From Cirrosporium novae-zelandiae (Eukaryota): a stretch of DNA of 64,000 bases. Numbering within the stretch: position 1 is the first letter of the stretch; each line of letters starts with the position of its first letter. A program made the position numbers and the translations under genes. The stretch spans positions 124,001 through 188,000 of the forward strand of contig JAPETS010000043.1 in NCBI GenBank assembly GCA_026023565.1, read 5' to 3'. This document shows, piece by piece, positions 10,508 to 22,928 of this stretch. The notes beneath the pieces are model-generated. The model saw nothing but the letters and a program-made list of their open reading frames with translations, made no database searches and was not told the origin of the DNA.

Positions 10508-11671
10508 ATGCATATCCAATTAGGACTTCTCGCGGCGCTTGCTGCAACTTACGTTGCAAATGCTTCTCCAGTCGAGGTTGAACCCAGAGCTGCTCCTTTA
10601 TGCACCCAACATCCAATCATTCGCAACTCTCTCGTCAAATGTAGCACTGCTACGGATTTGTGCTCAACCGTCCTTGGCCGTGGACCCACAACTCACGTAT
10701 CCACCAAAATTACGAAAACGACGGCCCACGGGGCTAAAACGACAAGTATCTTTAAAACGACCGTAACCCATGTAGCCGGTGGTGTTAAAACAGTTACACA
10801 TACCGCTCCTAAAGTGACTATCACAAAAACGAGGTGAGTATCGTAAATATCAACAAGGACAGACACAATGTTAACAATTTCTATAGTACGGTTACAAAGG
10901 GCTGCGCCGGAGTGGCTAAAAGAGCACCGGAAGCACTTGAGGAAGCCGCCACTCCTACAACCTCTTGCGGTCTTAAACACCCCTCAAAAGATTATTTAAC
11001 CTCCGTCTGCAAATGCCTCTACGATGAGAAGACCGTTACCACAGTATCTAAAACAATCAGCGGGAAAAATTCGGTTAAAACGGTCATCGTAAAAGCTACA
11101 TCAACTACTACTAACAAGGTTAGCTGTTTCGTGATGCCTCGTCGATATCAAAAGCTAATCTGACCGGTAGGGTAAAACAACGGTTGTCACCAAAACCCCT
11201 ACTTCCACGGTAACAAAAAAGGTGACCGTAACAAGTTGCACTGCCCAGCCTTCCACAACAGTCGCCCCCCCCGTGACCACTGAGGCCAGTACAACCAGCG
11301 CCCCCCCGGCTGATATAACCTGCACAGCTGTGTCGGCTAACGGTTACACCTATAATCGGTATTTTAGCGGCACGCAACTCGAGGAAACCACTGCAAACCC
11401 TGGAAATGACAATCCCAATGAGCCTCCAATTGTAATGGAGATTTCAGGAGACATCAACTACGCCTGTACAGCCATCCAGATGTGCGCAAATACGGCCTCG
11501 AAGAACGGCGTCCTCAATGATATATATCTTTCCTTTGATATACACTTCTTCCCAGCGAGCAATACTTGGGAATGCAAACAGTACTACGATGCAAACACCA
11601 ACCCGTCCTATTTCAACCAACCAAACACACTAGTCTCAAGCGTCTACGGATTTAGCTCAAGTCTTGACTAA
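10508..11671 (+). CDS. Secreted/cell-wall Thr-rich, Cys-containing protein, 2 introns
   Basis: Signal peptide MHIQLGLLAALAATYVANA-SP, Thr/Val-rich segments, an internal KR site and a C-terminal Cys domain. Introns GTGAGT..TATAG (~10834-10887) and GTTAGC..GGTAG (~11119-11170) keep the frame. Confidence 0.8.
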
Positions 11672-12099
11672 CCCTAAGCCCGTCAGAACTACAAGCCGCA
11701 GAAGATCGATCGAGGATATGCCCTCTCTCTCTCTGTCTCTTTCTTTTTCTTTAGATTTTGAGCCTACTAATTGTGGATGGATAAGGACCTGGATGGGTAA
11801 GGACCAATCTCTTTCAGACCTTTCTCCACGCAGGTTCCCCGGTTGTTGTTTTTTTTTTCTGATAACCGGGGGGTGTGGCGGCACCAAGAGCTCGACTTCG
11901 CATGCACCTGAGCGTGGGTACTTGGGTCATTTTTTCATTCATGTGGTTTAGCTCCTAGGGGAGTCCCCTCTTGAGGTAGCTGATAGTGAACCATTTGAAC
12001 AAAACTTTTTTTTCCAAAGTAGTGAAATCCCGTCTTCTTTTAGTAATATGAGATTGGAGCATTGTTGCTTTGATTCACTGACTTCCCTCCCCCTACCCT

Positions 12100-15000
12100 C
12101 TAAAAGACTTTCCCATAATCTTGAAATAGCAAACAGATATAACTAGTCTGTCTAACGCAACACAAGCTATCAAGAAGGAGAAGAAGAAGAAAATACTTTA
12201 CCCATCCCCGTCTACATGTCTATATTAAAAATATATATATACCGATCTAGCTAAAAAAAAAAAGAAAGAAAAAAAAGAGAGAGAGAGAACCAAGGTGAAA
12301 TAATCTTATATGTTGGCATCCCCTTTTTTTTTACATATACATATAACCAACCAGAAAAATCCCTCCTTCCTTCCTTGTTAGTCAGTTAGTCGGTTTCAGT
12401 TGGTGAAGTTCTGTCTTCTACTACCACCCCCCCCTTTTTTTTCCCCCCTACTCGTTTTATGTTCGTTCCTTACTCGTTAGTCGGTCGGTCGGTCGGTTGG
12501 TTAGTCGATTAATTAAGTAAAAAAGAAGCAAGGGAGGGAGTTGTTATTATATTTTGGATTCTTGTTAACTAACTAAACTACCTAGGTGATTAAATATCAC
12601 CTTCACTTTAATTATTTTTCTACCCTATACACCTATACACCTTATACACCTTATACATAACCACCCATCAAATAACTTAAAAAAAGCTACTGAAAGGTAT
12701 ATCCTAACCAATCAACACACAAAGCCCTACTTTCGAAATCGAAAATCGTCTCTACGTTTTCTTTCTTTCTTTCTTTTTTAAGGGGGAGGGTGGGGGGCAT
12801 GTATGACCTTAAGTACCTTTATTGATAATGGATAATGGATATCTATACCCGGGGGAGGGGAGGGGGGTGGTGATAAATTTAGTCGTTGTTGTTTGTCGTT
12901 ATAGCTCTAGCTATCGGTTATCAGTATCAATATCAGTATCGGTATTTCTTCAAAGGTTTTAAGCTCAAAGGGAAGTAAAGAGGTAAGTAGTAATAAAAAC
13001 CAATCCAAATACAAGGGGTTCTTATTTCATTATTCTGATATCCCTCCCCTCCCCCTTTTTTTTCGACTTCTAGAGGATAGAAAGAAAGAATTTTTTTTTT
13101 TTTTTTTTACTTTTTATTTTTTTACTTGTTACTTCTTGCTACTTGCTATTGGTGATAATTGTGAAAAATATAAGAATGTAAGAACTGGAACTAAAAATTG
13201 GAACTAAACAGAATTGGAATTGAGATATGTGTATGATAATATGATATGCTTATCTTATAATAAAGGAGGTAGTGTAGTGTAGTGTAGTGGAGTATAGTGT
13301 AGCAATAAAATGAGGGGAGAAGGTAAAGGGGAAGTATTACACGAATAAACGATTAAACGGATATGAGTGAGATGAGTAAAAAATGAGTGGAGTTGACTTA
13401 TATATAGAGAGAACAGAGAGAAAAAGAGAGTGTGTGTGTGTTGTACCACAATACTCGCTAGAACCTTCTCCCCCTCTCCTTCCTTCACTTTCCGCCCTTT
13501 CACCCTTTAATTTTTTTTTTTTTGTTTTACAGAGAATGAATGAATGAATGAATGAATACTTTCGTTAATTCCTTAAAGAATCTCCAATCTTTCAATCACG
13601 AAAGCTTACTGTGTCGTGTTAGCAATCTAGTCTAATTTCTCCCCCCCCCTCTCTCTCTCTCCTAGTGATGCGCATATATCCATCACATTCTTTCCTCCGT
13701 TCCTTCTATGAATACCCCCCCCCGTTTTCGTTTCCCTTGGTTTTTTTTTTCATTTTTTTGATCTCTCTAGTTCCTAATCGCTAGTCCCTAGCTCTAAATA
13801 ACCTTTAAACGCTTTTAAACATATTTTACGATTCATGAGATCGAGATTTGACAGTGATGTAGATGTAGATATGGGAAGAGTTTCTTTTTTTTTTTTTTTT
13901 GAGGGGGGGGGAGGATGTATGTATGTATGGAGAAGTTCAGGATCAATGTCCAGTATAAGTGGTATAGTATCATAGTCGTACCGATTAACGTTCCTAATAA
14001 TATCCATCTTCTACCTCTTCTACCTCCCAACTCAAGGCCTCTACTCTACTCTACTCTGCCCTGCTCTGCTTTCTAAATCCCCACCCATATCCAGGTTTTC
14101 GATACCTCAATGCCAATATCAAAATTTATATTTATATTTACATCTAACCCTTTTCTTTTCTTTCCCTCCCCTTTCTTTTCCTTTCTCCTCTACAATCTAG
14201 AAAAAAAAAGTGGGGGGGGGGGGTCTTTCTTCTTCGTTTAGTATATCAATCCGTGTAGTAATCAAGTAGATATGTAGAGTTGATTTGATTTCTAGATTTT
14301 TCTTCTTTCCCCCCCTGCTTCGCCCATCCTGTCTTGTCTTTCTCCTCTTGTTCTAGGGTATTCAGTAACCCAGTCACTTTTTAATAGCTCAACATCTATC
14401 CCAACGTCTTTCCCCCTCAAATTATCCTTTTTTCCTTTTTTTCCTCTTTCCTTCTTTACTTTTTCTTTTTTTCTCGCAACATCGAACACCTTCCTAACCC
14501 TTCATTTTTTTTATATATATATCTAATCTAACTAGCTAATATAAATCAAAAAAAAAAAAAACTATCACTATCACATAAATCTGGACCTAAATATGAAATA
14601 TACAGTATTTACTTTATATGAGATTATGTATGTATATAGTCCGTTCGTTCTCTATCAGTTCGTTCGTCTTGAAGAGAAACTGAATGAATAATCCTCCACT
14701 TCCACTTCCACTTCCACTTCCCAACAACATTTTAACTTTTCCCCGACTTCATCATCATACTCCCTTCCCTCCTTCCCCTTTCCTTTTTTCCTCCCTTCTC
14801 CCTCTCTTTATGCTCTCCTCTCTCTCCACCCCCAGCATACCAGACCAACCAGACCAACCAACTAAATAAACCCCCCCCCCCATCCATCCACCTATCTCTC
14901 CCTCTCTCTCTCCTCTCCTTTCTTTTTCTTTTCTTTTCTTTTCTAACAAATATCCAAATTTAAACCAACACCAAATCCACATTTTTTTTCAACAAATAAG

Positions 15001-16200
15001 AAAAGAAAGGAAAGGGTTATATTTTCTTTTTTTTATTGTTTTCTTTTGACTGGGTTAGAGTAGGACTAGACTAGGCTAAGGGAGTGAGGATTGCATTTTT
15101 CTTTTTTTTTTTTGGTTAAGATTTTGTTGGCCGCAGATATCTCCCCGTTTTGGATTCGAATTGATTTAGTGAATAGATAGATAGATGCGATACGGATGCT
15201 ATATTATCCCTTTCTTTCTTTCTTTCTTTATACTAGAGTCCCGTATCCATTCATCTTCCCTTCTCCATCCCTCTCATCTCCCTCATCTTTTTTAAATCCT
15301 TAGCCTCTTCTTCATTTTTCATCCCCCTTCTGTAGCATCTTTCCTATTTTATTACTTTATTACGTATGTTTTAGGAGGGAAATATAAGGGGCGTTTCAGC
15401 TTGGGATGGTGGTGGTAGTAGTATTGTTATGCGCTTGTTCTATGATTTAATTAATAGGGCAACTCGATGATATGATATTTTCTGAAAAAACAGTTTATTC
15501 TAGCTCGAATAACCCCATAACATCCTACCCTCCCACCTACTACCTACTACCTACTACTTCAAAAAGTATCCAGTGCGAAACCCTTGGTCCTGAAATTATA
15601 AATAAGGTACCGTCAGTACAAGGAGCTAGAATATAGTAGCCAAGGCTATTAGATACCAACCAATTCTACTCTAAAGCCAAAGCCAAAGCCAAAAAAAACC
15701 CTAGTCTAGTCTAAATTACGGAAAATTCAAAGTAGTTTAACACAACACCATGAAAATCTATTCCGAACCACTTCGATATGAAAATTTGTATTTGGAAGGT
15801 AGATTGTTAATGATTTTTTCGTCAAGTTGGGTCTATATTCTTTGGGGGGGGGGGGGGGGGGGGGGGGGGATGGTACTGAGGGGCTTATATGGTCAGGGGT
15901 TACCCGAGAGTAGGCTATTATGATTACCTTGGAGCGCGAGAGTAGGGTATAGCTTTTAGATATATAGACAATGGATATTTCATATCCATGTGTAGAGGAA
16001 AGTAGACATGTTTAGACTGTAAATTTGAAATAAAATCATAATCGTAATGATATCGTAGAGGCGTGCCATTTGTTTATTTATTTAAAAACTTTGAATACAT
16101 ATATCCTACGCATCAATTCGGGTATTTATCCATCTATCCATCCATCCACCCATCTATGGGTCCTATATAAAAACACAACATGACATGACATGATATAATC
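12100..16200. repeat. About 4 kb AT-rich intergenic tract of short tandem repeats and homopolymers
   Basis: (GTCG)n, (GTGTA)n, (GAAT)n, (CTACT)n, (CCACTT)n, many A/T/C/G runs, and a G26 run at 15844-15869. No credible ORF. Confidence 0.85.
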
Positions 16201-16243
16201 GTATACAACAAATCCGAAGCTAAGCCCTCCCTCAAAAAGGGGT

Positions 16244-18081
16244 TCAAAGTCCCACCTTGCTCTCTCTCACATTCCCCTTTCCCTCCTCCCCAACCCCCTC
16301 CGCACAAGCCTCCTCATCATAATCCTCACTTCCATCATACGCCACACTCACTGTCGCAATTTCCGCCCCAACTTCATTCCACGTATCACTGCAGGCTGGA
16401 ATCGGCCATATCCGACAGAGACTCCAGTAAACACCTGCACTAACGATGAATCCGCAGAAGAAGTTCAGACGGTAGATATATTGTGCGCCCGAGGGGACGG
16501 GGCGGCCGATCTCTCCGACGAAGCCTACAATGTTGATCAGGATTCCAGCAATGTAGGCGGCGTAACCGCGGAAGCTGATACCGAAGGTGTAGTAATAGGG
16601 GGACGAGGGGCGGGCGTCGTAGAGGTGTTTTAGGTCCAAGTAGCCCCGACGCACCCAGTAGTAATCACAGATAAGAACCCCGGCGATGCTTGAGAGGAAT
16701 ACCGAGTACGCGGATAGGTAGGTTGTGAATTTGTTAGAGGAAGAAAGCAGGTTCCAGGGACACATTGCGAGGCCGACGGCAGCACAGATGTAGCCCCCAC
16801 GGCGAATGTTGAGAAAGCGTGGGAGCAGGGCTGTCATGTCTGTGCCGGCAGAGACGGAGTTTGCGGCAATGTTGGTGCCGAGTTGGGCGAGAGCGAAACC
16901 TAGGGCGATGACGAAAACGCCGAAGCGGTCGCCCGAGCTAGCACCGTTGTCGAGGAAGTGGCCCAGGAGTTTGAGCGGGTCCCACACCGTGGTGTTGTAG
17001 AGGACTGTGCTGGAGGAGGAGACGATCACGCCGATGAAGGAGGTTATAGCAAAGCCGATCGGGATCGTGAACAGTTGCGACCACAGAGCGTCCTTGGGTT
17101 TCCGGGCGAAGCGAGCAAAGTCCGGGTCGTTGACGATGAGGGTCGCAAAGTTAGCGATGCAGCTCATGATTCCGCTGACGATTGACCAGCCCAGTTCGCT
17201 TCCGTGCAGTGTTGTGCCTTGCTTAACGATAGGACCAATACCGTGGGCGCGTCGAATGGTCCAGATGAAGTAGGCCAAGCCGCAGCAGGGGACGATATAT
17301 GCTTTTACCGTGAAGAGGTGTCGAATTTTGTGTACGGGGAACCAGATTGCAGGGAGGGAGCAGAGCCAGAAGAGAAAGAAGGAGAGAAAGTCACGGGAGG
17401 TAGTGCCCGAGGAAGCAGAGAGTTCGTTTGGGAGCTTGTTGTATGAGGTCCAGATGCTGCGAAGCATAAGGGTTACACATTCTCCTAGAAAGAGGGGTTA
17501 GCTCGAAGAAGAAATGAGTAGGAAGAAACTAAATTACCTCCAAGCCAGGCTTGGACGCCATACCAAACGCAAGCCATGGCCGCTCGATTCAAGACCGGCC
17601 ATAAAGATCCCCATATGCCAAAGGAAGATCGAGAAACTACCGGAAAACTAATATGATAGGTAGCTCCAATTCGACCAGTGGAGCAGATGAAAACTGCAGC
17701 AATCGAATAGCCAACCCAGACGCAGATCCAAGCTTGCCACCAAGCTAGACCACCCGTGATCATAGACGAAGATATCATCCATGTGTTCTAAGACGAATTG
17801 AGTGAGATGAATTGGACGTTGGCGATGGTATGGAAACATACAATATTAAAAGAATCTGCGATCCAGAAACCAACAAAATTCCATGCACTCCATTGACGAC
17901 GTTCAGGTTCCACTAATCTCAGTTAATATGGCCAAGCTCCATCTGCGCCATTTAAGAATTTCGTACCAGGTTTCAAATCCTCATTCGTTAACATCAACTG
18001 AGCATTGGTCAATCCAGGCTCGTGGCTGACGGCCAATTTGTCCACATAATGGGCAATCCTGGATGACTTGACCCTCTCCAT
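16244..18081 (-). CDS. NCS1 family (Fur4/Dal4-like) uracil/allantoin permease, 3 introns
   Basis: [66 protein letters not shown] and MCPWNLL. Introns at 17913-17966, ~17788-17842 and ~17485-17538. Confidence 0.93.
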
Positions 18082-18258
18082 AATCGTAGCAGGTCGTGCT
18101 GAGTCGAGGACCTCGGTGTCACGCGAGTATGCTGAAGGTGACTCGGTAAGAAGGGGATCAGTTTCTCCAGGCGTGTAGGAGGATAACTGAGGTGAGCGTT
18201 TGCTCTCACAGAGAGAAGAGGAAGACGATAGTGGAGCCAGCTCTATGAGGTCGTCTTA

Positions 18259-18270
18259 TTATGGCGACAT
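18259..18270 (-). promoter_or_regulatory. Minimal uORF (Met-Ser-Pro-stop, followed by a second TAA) in frame with the NCS1 permease
   Basis: Minus strand reads AAAAACC ATG TCG CCA TAA TAA, 189 nt upstream of and in frame with the main ATG at 18081. Confidence 0.6.
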
Positions 18271-18317
18271 GGTTTTTATTAGTGAAGGGGAAAGAGTGGT
18301 ATATATATATATATATT

Positions 18318-18830
18318 AGAGATAACAGATATGCAGCCTTGTGGGACTACTATGCTAGTGATACCTGATGATATCCTAGCAAGTCTCCAGTGTCCCGTGT
18401 CCCACCTTTCCAAACGTAGACAAATGTTCAGGTCAGCTTGGGGAGGATTTTCATCAAGATCTACTCGAGTAAATGGAATGAAGAAAGTTTTGGATAAGAA
18501 AAGATGACAATATTTCCCCCCACTGGATCTTTATTGCCACCCAACTACATTTACTTTGTCGAAGAAGCACGAGGATCTGTCAGTTCGGCCATACACAGTA
18601 GACTACAATTCCCAGGTTTCATTCACCAGATATTGTCCGGGGACGCTTTGCCAAGACAAGTAATTTGCTAGGAAGAATGCGGAGTGACATTGTCCTTATC
18701 TACTATCTACTGTACAATAATGATAATAATGATTTCATTATTCTGTAAGGCCAATCAAGGCCAAGTGCCTGGCTCTTCCAGGGAATCCTTGCCGATCCTG
18801 ATAACTTAGCCAGAGATGCCTTATCTGAAG
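18318..18830. promoter_or_regulatory. Cluster of GATAA/TTATC sites upstream of the NCS1 permease (candidate AreA/NIT2 nitrogen-regulation sites)
   Basis: GATAA or TTATC near 18321, 18493, 18696, 18722, 18800 and 18821. This fits the known GATA-factor control of nucleobase/allantoin permeases. Confidence 0.45.
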
Positions 18831-19910
18831 TATTTTTTACTCCATCTCATCGAGTCAATATCTCTCGACTATCTCTAAATATCTCCCTCTAACTAACTAT
18901 TTTATTTTATTATTTCTTTTCCCGTACTTGACCAACCACCCAACCTAAGCGACTTCAGACGGTGAAACTATGAAATTAGTGAACTAGGTAACTACTCTTT
19001 AGGCCCCCTCCCCTCAAGGAATGATCAAAAAGCCATACCAAATTCAACCCAACCAGCAACCAGCAACCAGCAACCAGCAACCAATCCCCAACCAACTAAA
19101 AAAAAAACACCACCGCCAAGGCTTCTTCTAGATATAAGCAAGTTAATTAGGTCATCCGCAACAACCAAACGCCAACAAACACAAAACACCACCACCAATC
19201 AACATCCTCCAAATCAATGATCCCCAGTAAAGGCGTTGAAACATGTTTTATAATTTCATCTAGAACATAGTTACCTTGTACAAAACTTGATCACGCTGGA
19301 GATATTACATCCATCCTCCTTCTCCACATTATCTACCCCATGTTTTTTCATTTTCATCTTCATCCTCTTCTTCTTCTTCTTTCTTCCTTGCTGCGTGGCA
19401 CACATAGTTACGGTCCAAGGGAAAAAGAAGATTGAAACCGTTGATTTTCTTCACTACTAAAGAATTCGTCTTCAAAACTATTATTACATTTATTCCAGAC
19501 ACGAGGAGGTTGGGTTGGTTTGAACCCTTTTTTTTTTAGAAAAGCCACCAACACTTCGACACCGGAGTAAAGTATTGAAGGCCAGGCGAATGTGCGCACC
19601 TGCCTGATTAACATATTTCAATTCTTTTCATCCTCCATTTACAACATTATCCATCTTCATGCATTCCAACAATGTATTAAAGACGAGCGAGGGAATTATT
19701 CATACCTCCCCGTTACGAAGAAAGATAAAAATCCTATGCCAACAATAACCTCTTTTCGTCTCCTATGCGTCCCCTTTCTCTCTCTTCATGATTATATGCC
19801 CGTAATGGGAAGAAAGTAAGCTCTGTTATCCATCAGGGATCATAACCGTAACCATAAAACATAAGTTAGTCGACCTTGATCCTTCATTGTCTATCACCAT
19901 CTTGGGATCC

Positions 19911-21141
19911 TCAAAACCTCACAGCCATCATCCTTTTCGCAGTCGCTGTTGCCGTAGACGATGCTGTCACTGTCGTTGTGGCTTGATCATTGCTATTATT
20001 GTTGCCATTGTTGTTGTTGTTGCTGCTATTTTTACGCAACCCAAAATATAATCCCAAAATCAACGCAAGGATACAGATAATGGCTATCACGGTGAAAAGT
20101 AACCACCTCTTCATCTTGTTTCTATGCTTGGCGCTCGTGATCGCTGAATCCATGTGCTTGTCGGCCCCGACAAGATTGTCATTCGCATGCTCCGTCTGCA
20201 TTTCTACTTGCTTGACCTGTGGTTCTTGATATTCGACAACTTCGGCCAGGGATTGGAAGAGGGCCGCAAGATCAGCGAGAGTTTCATTGATGCGCTCGAT
20301 TTCACGGTGGCGGGCACGTACGGCGCCAAGAACAGTGCTAGCCGCTCCAGCGCGATTCGTTTTAAGCTATTGGGGATTAGAAAGAGCCACTGACGGGCGA
20401 GCGGAGGCTATGCCAGAGAAAAAAACTTACAGCGGTTTGGAAGACGCCTTCATCGCCCCAATTGGCATTTGCAGCTTCCTGAACTTCCGCGTCCGTGGCC
20501 TCCGGGTTGACAATTTTATACTGTCTAGCAATCTGTTCCTTGTACCGCTGTCGATATGCCTGCTCTTCCTGCTCGTACCCCTTCAATTGCTCCTGAAAAC
20601 TGCGCTTCAGCTGCCCTAGTTGTGTAAATTTGGTGTTCTTTTCGCTGCCATCAGGCGTCTTGTTGGCATCCGTTTCTAGCGACTTAATGCGGTTGCGAAT
20701 CTGGGTATTGTGGATTTGAGTTTGAGTGACAACATTTTCCAGTTCAGCGGATGAAGAGGCGTCAGGGTTAGAGAGCGCGCGCTGGTGTAAAGTTCCGATT
20801 TGATTGACATAGGTGCTGAGACTGTTAATGTCTTTGCGAATGTCGCTAATAGTGGCGAGGAAGTCTTGGAGTGACAGAGCAGTATGCGTTGGCTGAGAGG
20901 AATAGCCTTCTTGAGAGTACTGGGAGTATGCAGACTGTTCATGAGTCAAATCTGGTGCTTCGAGGGTTTGTCCTTGCTGTTAGAGATGTTTAGTAGCTGA
21001 ATTTATTAAGCATGGGTGATATTGGCAGGATGGATATACAGTAGTGAGCTCGTAAGGATTTTGTCCAGGTCGCGCATCCGGATTGGGCGCAGACGATGTG
21101 TAAGGATTGCCTCCATACTCTTCATACTGTCTGTAAGACAT
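19911..21141 (-). CDS. Plasma-membrane syntaxin (Sso1/Sso2-like t-SNARE), 2 introns
   Basis: MSYRQYEEYGGNPY start; Habc domain; ARQYKIVNPEATDAEV; SNARE motif VRARHREIERINETLADLAALFQ; C-terminal TM segment WLLFTVIAIICILALILGLYFGL. Confidence 0.9.
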
Positions 21142-21800
21142 GTTGGATCACCAAAAAGAAATGTGGAAGTTGAGATAGATGAGGTAGCTATTAAAGTCGG
21201 GAGCTCTGGGTATGAGGTCACACGGAGCTCCAAGGTGCCGGAAGTAGCCGCGAAAGGATATGAGGAATCAAGAATGGCAAAATAAAGATGCAGTTGACAG
21301 TAATAGGATGAGACGACTTCCTTGAATGATTTAATATTTCCAACGAGGTCAATTGATGTAAAATTTAGGGGAGGCTCACGGGAGAAATTAGGAAATTAGC
21401 CATGTCCATGAGCTGATGGCTCTTGTAAATCCTGCAGCCTTGCAACTCCGCAGCCGAGGGAAGGACCCAATGATTATCAATTGTGGCGCTGTATAGACAC
21501 CAAACACTACTCCATGAAGAGGATGGGGCAGTGCTTAAGCTTAGGACATTTCTATTACCTCGGATCAATATTTCATCACTCAGTCGTTATTGAATTATAA
21601 CATAGCCCGAATACCCTCATACGCCATTACTGTTTGTTACTTGGAATATATATATGCAAGTTAGGAAAACAAATTCCCAAAATCCTCACTTTATACCCCA
21701 ATGCGCTCATGATCAATTTCCTATATCCATGCAGTGGCCGTAACAAAGTCATGACTATTCATCATCATCAAGTCAATCCAATCCTAGCCAGAAAGAATAT

Positions 21801-22928
21801 TCATACCATGGTTTGCGGCGAATTTGGATTCAAAAGATCACTCAATGCCTTTTGACAATCCCATCGTGGCAACATCCATTTATCAGACATTCCTGAAATC
21901 TGTGACAATTTGCACGGATCCAAGTTTGCTCTGTCCTCTGCTTGATTGAGCCAGGCGTTCCACGCTGGTGACTGCGGTGTGATGTTTCCGATCTTTACCC
22001 ACGAGATAGACTTCGTGATTGCAATTGCCATCCACAAGGCCTCGGTGAATGTCTCGTTATCTGAACCACGAACGTATTCTTCTGGTACAATCTCAAACGA
22101 CGAAAGATCCCAGTGCCATTGTGCTGGTAAAGCGGCCACAATCCAGTAGCCGGCGTTGAGGATCATGTATGCGGCTGCAAAGCAAAGCTGCAATTTTAGT
22201 CTTGCGTTGGCAAGAAAAATGACGCCGCACATAAGTAGTAGTGTGGATAGCAGAGCGATCATACGATAGGTCAAAACTCCTACATCATAGATGCATTCTT
22301 CAGGAGCCCAGTATAACTCTCTGGCGACATTCTCGGAGCATTTCACGATCAAAAAATTCCCTTGTGGATATTGTATTACCACATCGCCTGGGGGCACTGC
22401 TCGCTTTGCCGTTCGCCGCGGAAGTTTAACATACCAGTGGGATCCGACGCCGACCAGGCTGGAGAGTACTGATAGGAATATTGTCGCCAGCAAAGCCATT
22501 CCGTCGTCGTAGTATGCCGAAAGGGCAATGAGTGTACAAGACATCAGGCATCCTAATACGGCCAACCAAGCTAAAGGCCCGAAATTATGTGCTTTTACAG
22601 GCAATCTCCCTTCGTGCTTTTTAATACTCATACATCGCACCGAGTATGCGGGAAACCTATCGCCATCATGTAGCAAATGGGCAATGTGATTGACAAAATC
22701 CCTCACATTTCCTGAGTAAGCTCCTACAATCTTTCCCTTTGTAGTCTCGAGGCGATCGGGTCTCTTGGTGCGTATAAAGGCTTGTGGGGCAGGTATCAGC
22801 CGAGGGAGATAAATCCATTTTGAGAGAGTGGCGATTTGAGCATTTGACTCGACGCTGCCTTCTCCTAAAATGGCAAGGAAACCGACGATATCGAGTTGGA
22901 GATTCTTAAAGTCATTTAGAAAATACAT
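21801..22928 (-). CDS. Fungal multi-pass membrane protein of unknown function (375 aa, intronless)
   Basis: Long ORF with about 4 hydrophobic segments; motifs LDIVGFLAILGE, LPRLIPAPQA and PPGDVVI look like a Pezizomycotina hypothetical family. Confidence 0.8.
   Translation of the reverse strand: MYFLNDFKNLQLDIVGFLAILGEGSVESNAQIATLSKWIYLPRLIPAPQAFIRTKRPDRLETTKGKIVGAYSGNVRDFVNHIAHLLHDGDRFPAYSVRCMSIKKHEGRLPVKAHNFGPLAWLAVLGCLMSCTLIALSAYYDDGMALLATIFLSVLSSLVGVGSHWYVKLPRRTAKRAVPPGDVVIQYPQGNFLIVKCSENVARELYWAPEECIYDVGVLTYRMIALLSTLLLMCGVIFLANARLKLQLCFAAAYMILNAGYWIVAALPAQWHWDLSSFEIVPEEYVRGSDNETFTEALWMAIAITKSISWVKIGNITPQSPAWNAWLNQAEDRANLDPCKLSQISGMSDKWMLPRWDCQKALSDLLNPNSPQTMV

Noticed and set aside
12100..16200. 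Short ORFs and repeat arrays in the low-complexity tracts (also 50.8-53.6 kb) as genes or a CRISPR array
   Set aside because: Translations simply mirror microsatellites. There are no constant repeats with unique spacers, and the context is eukaryotic.
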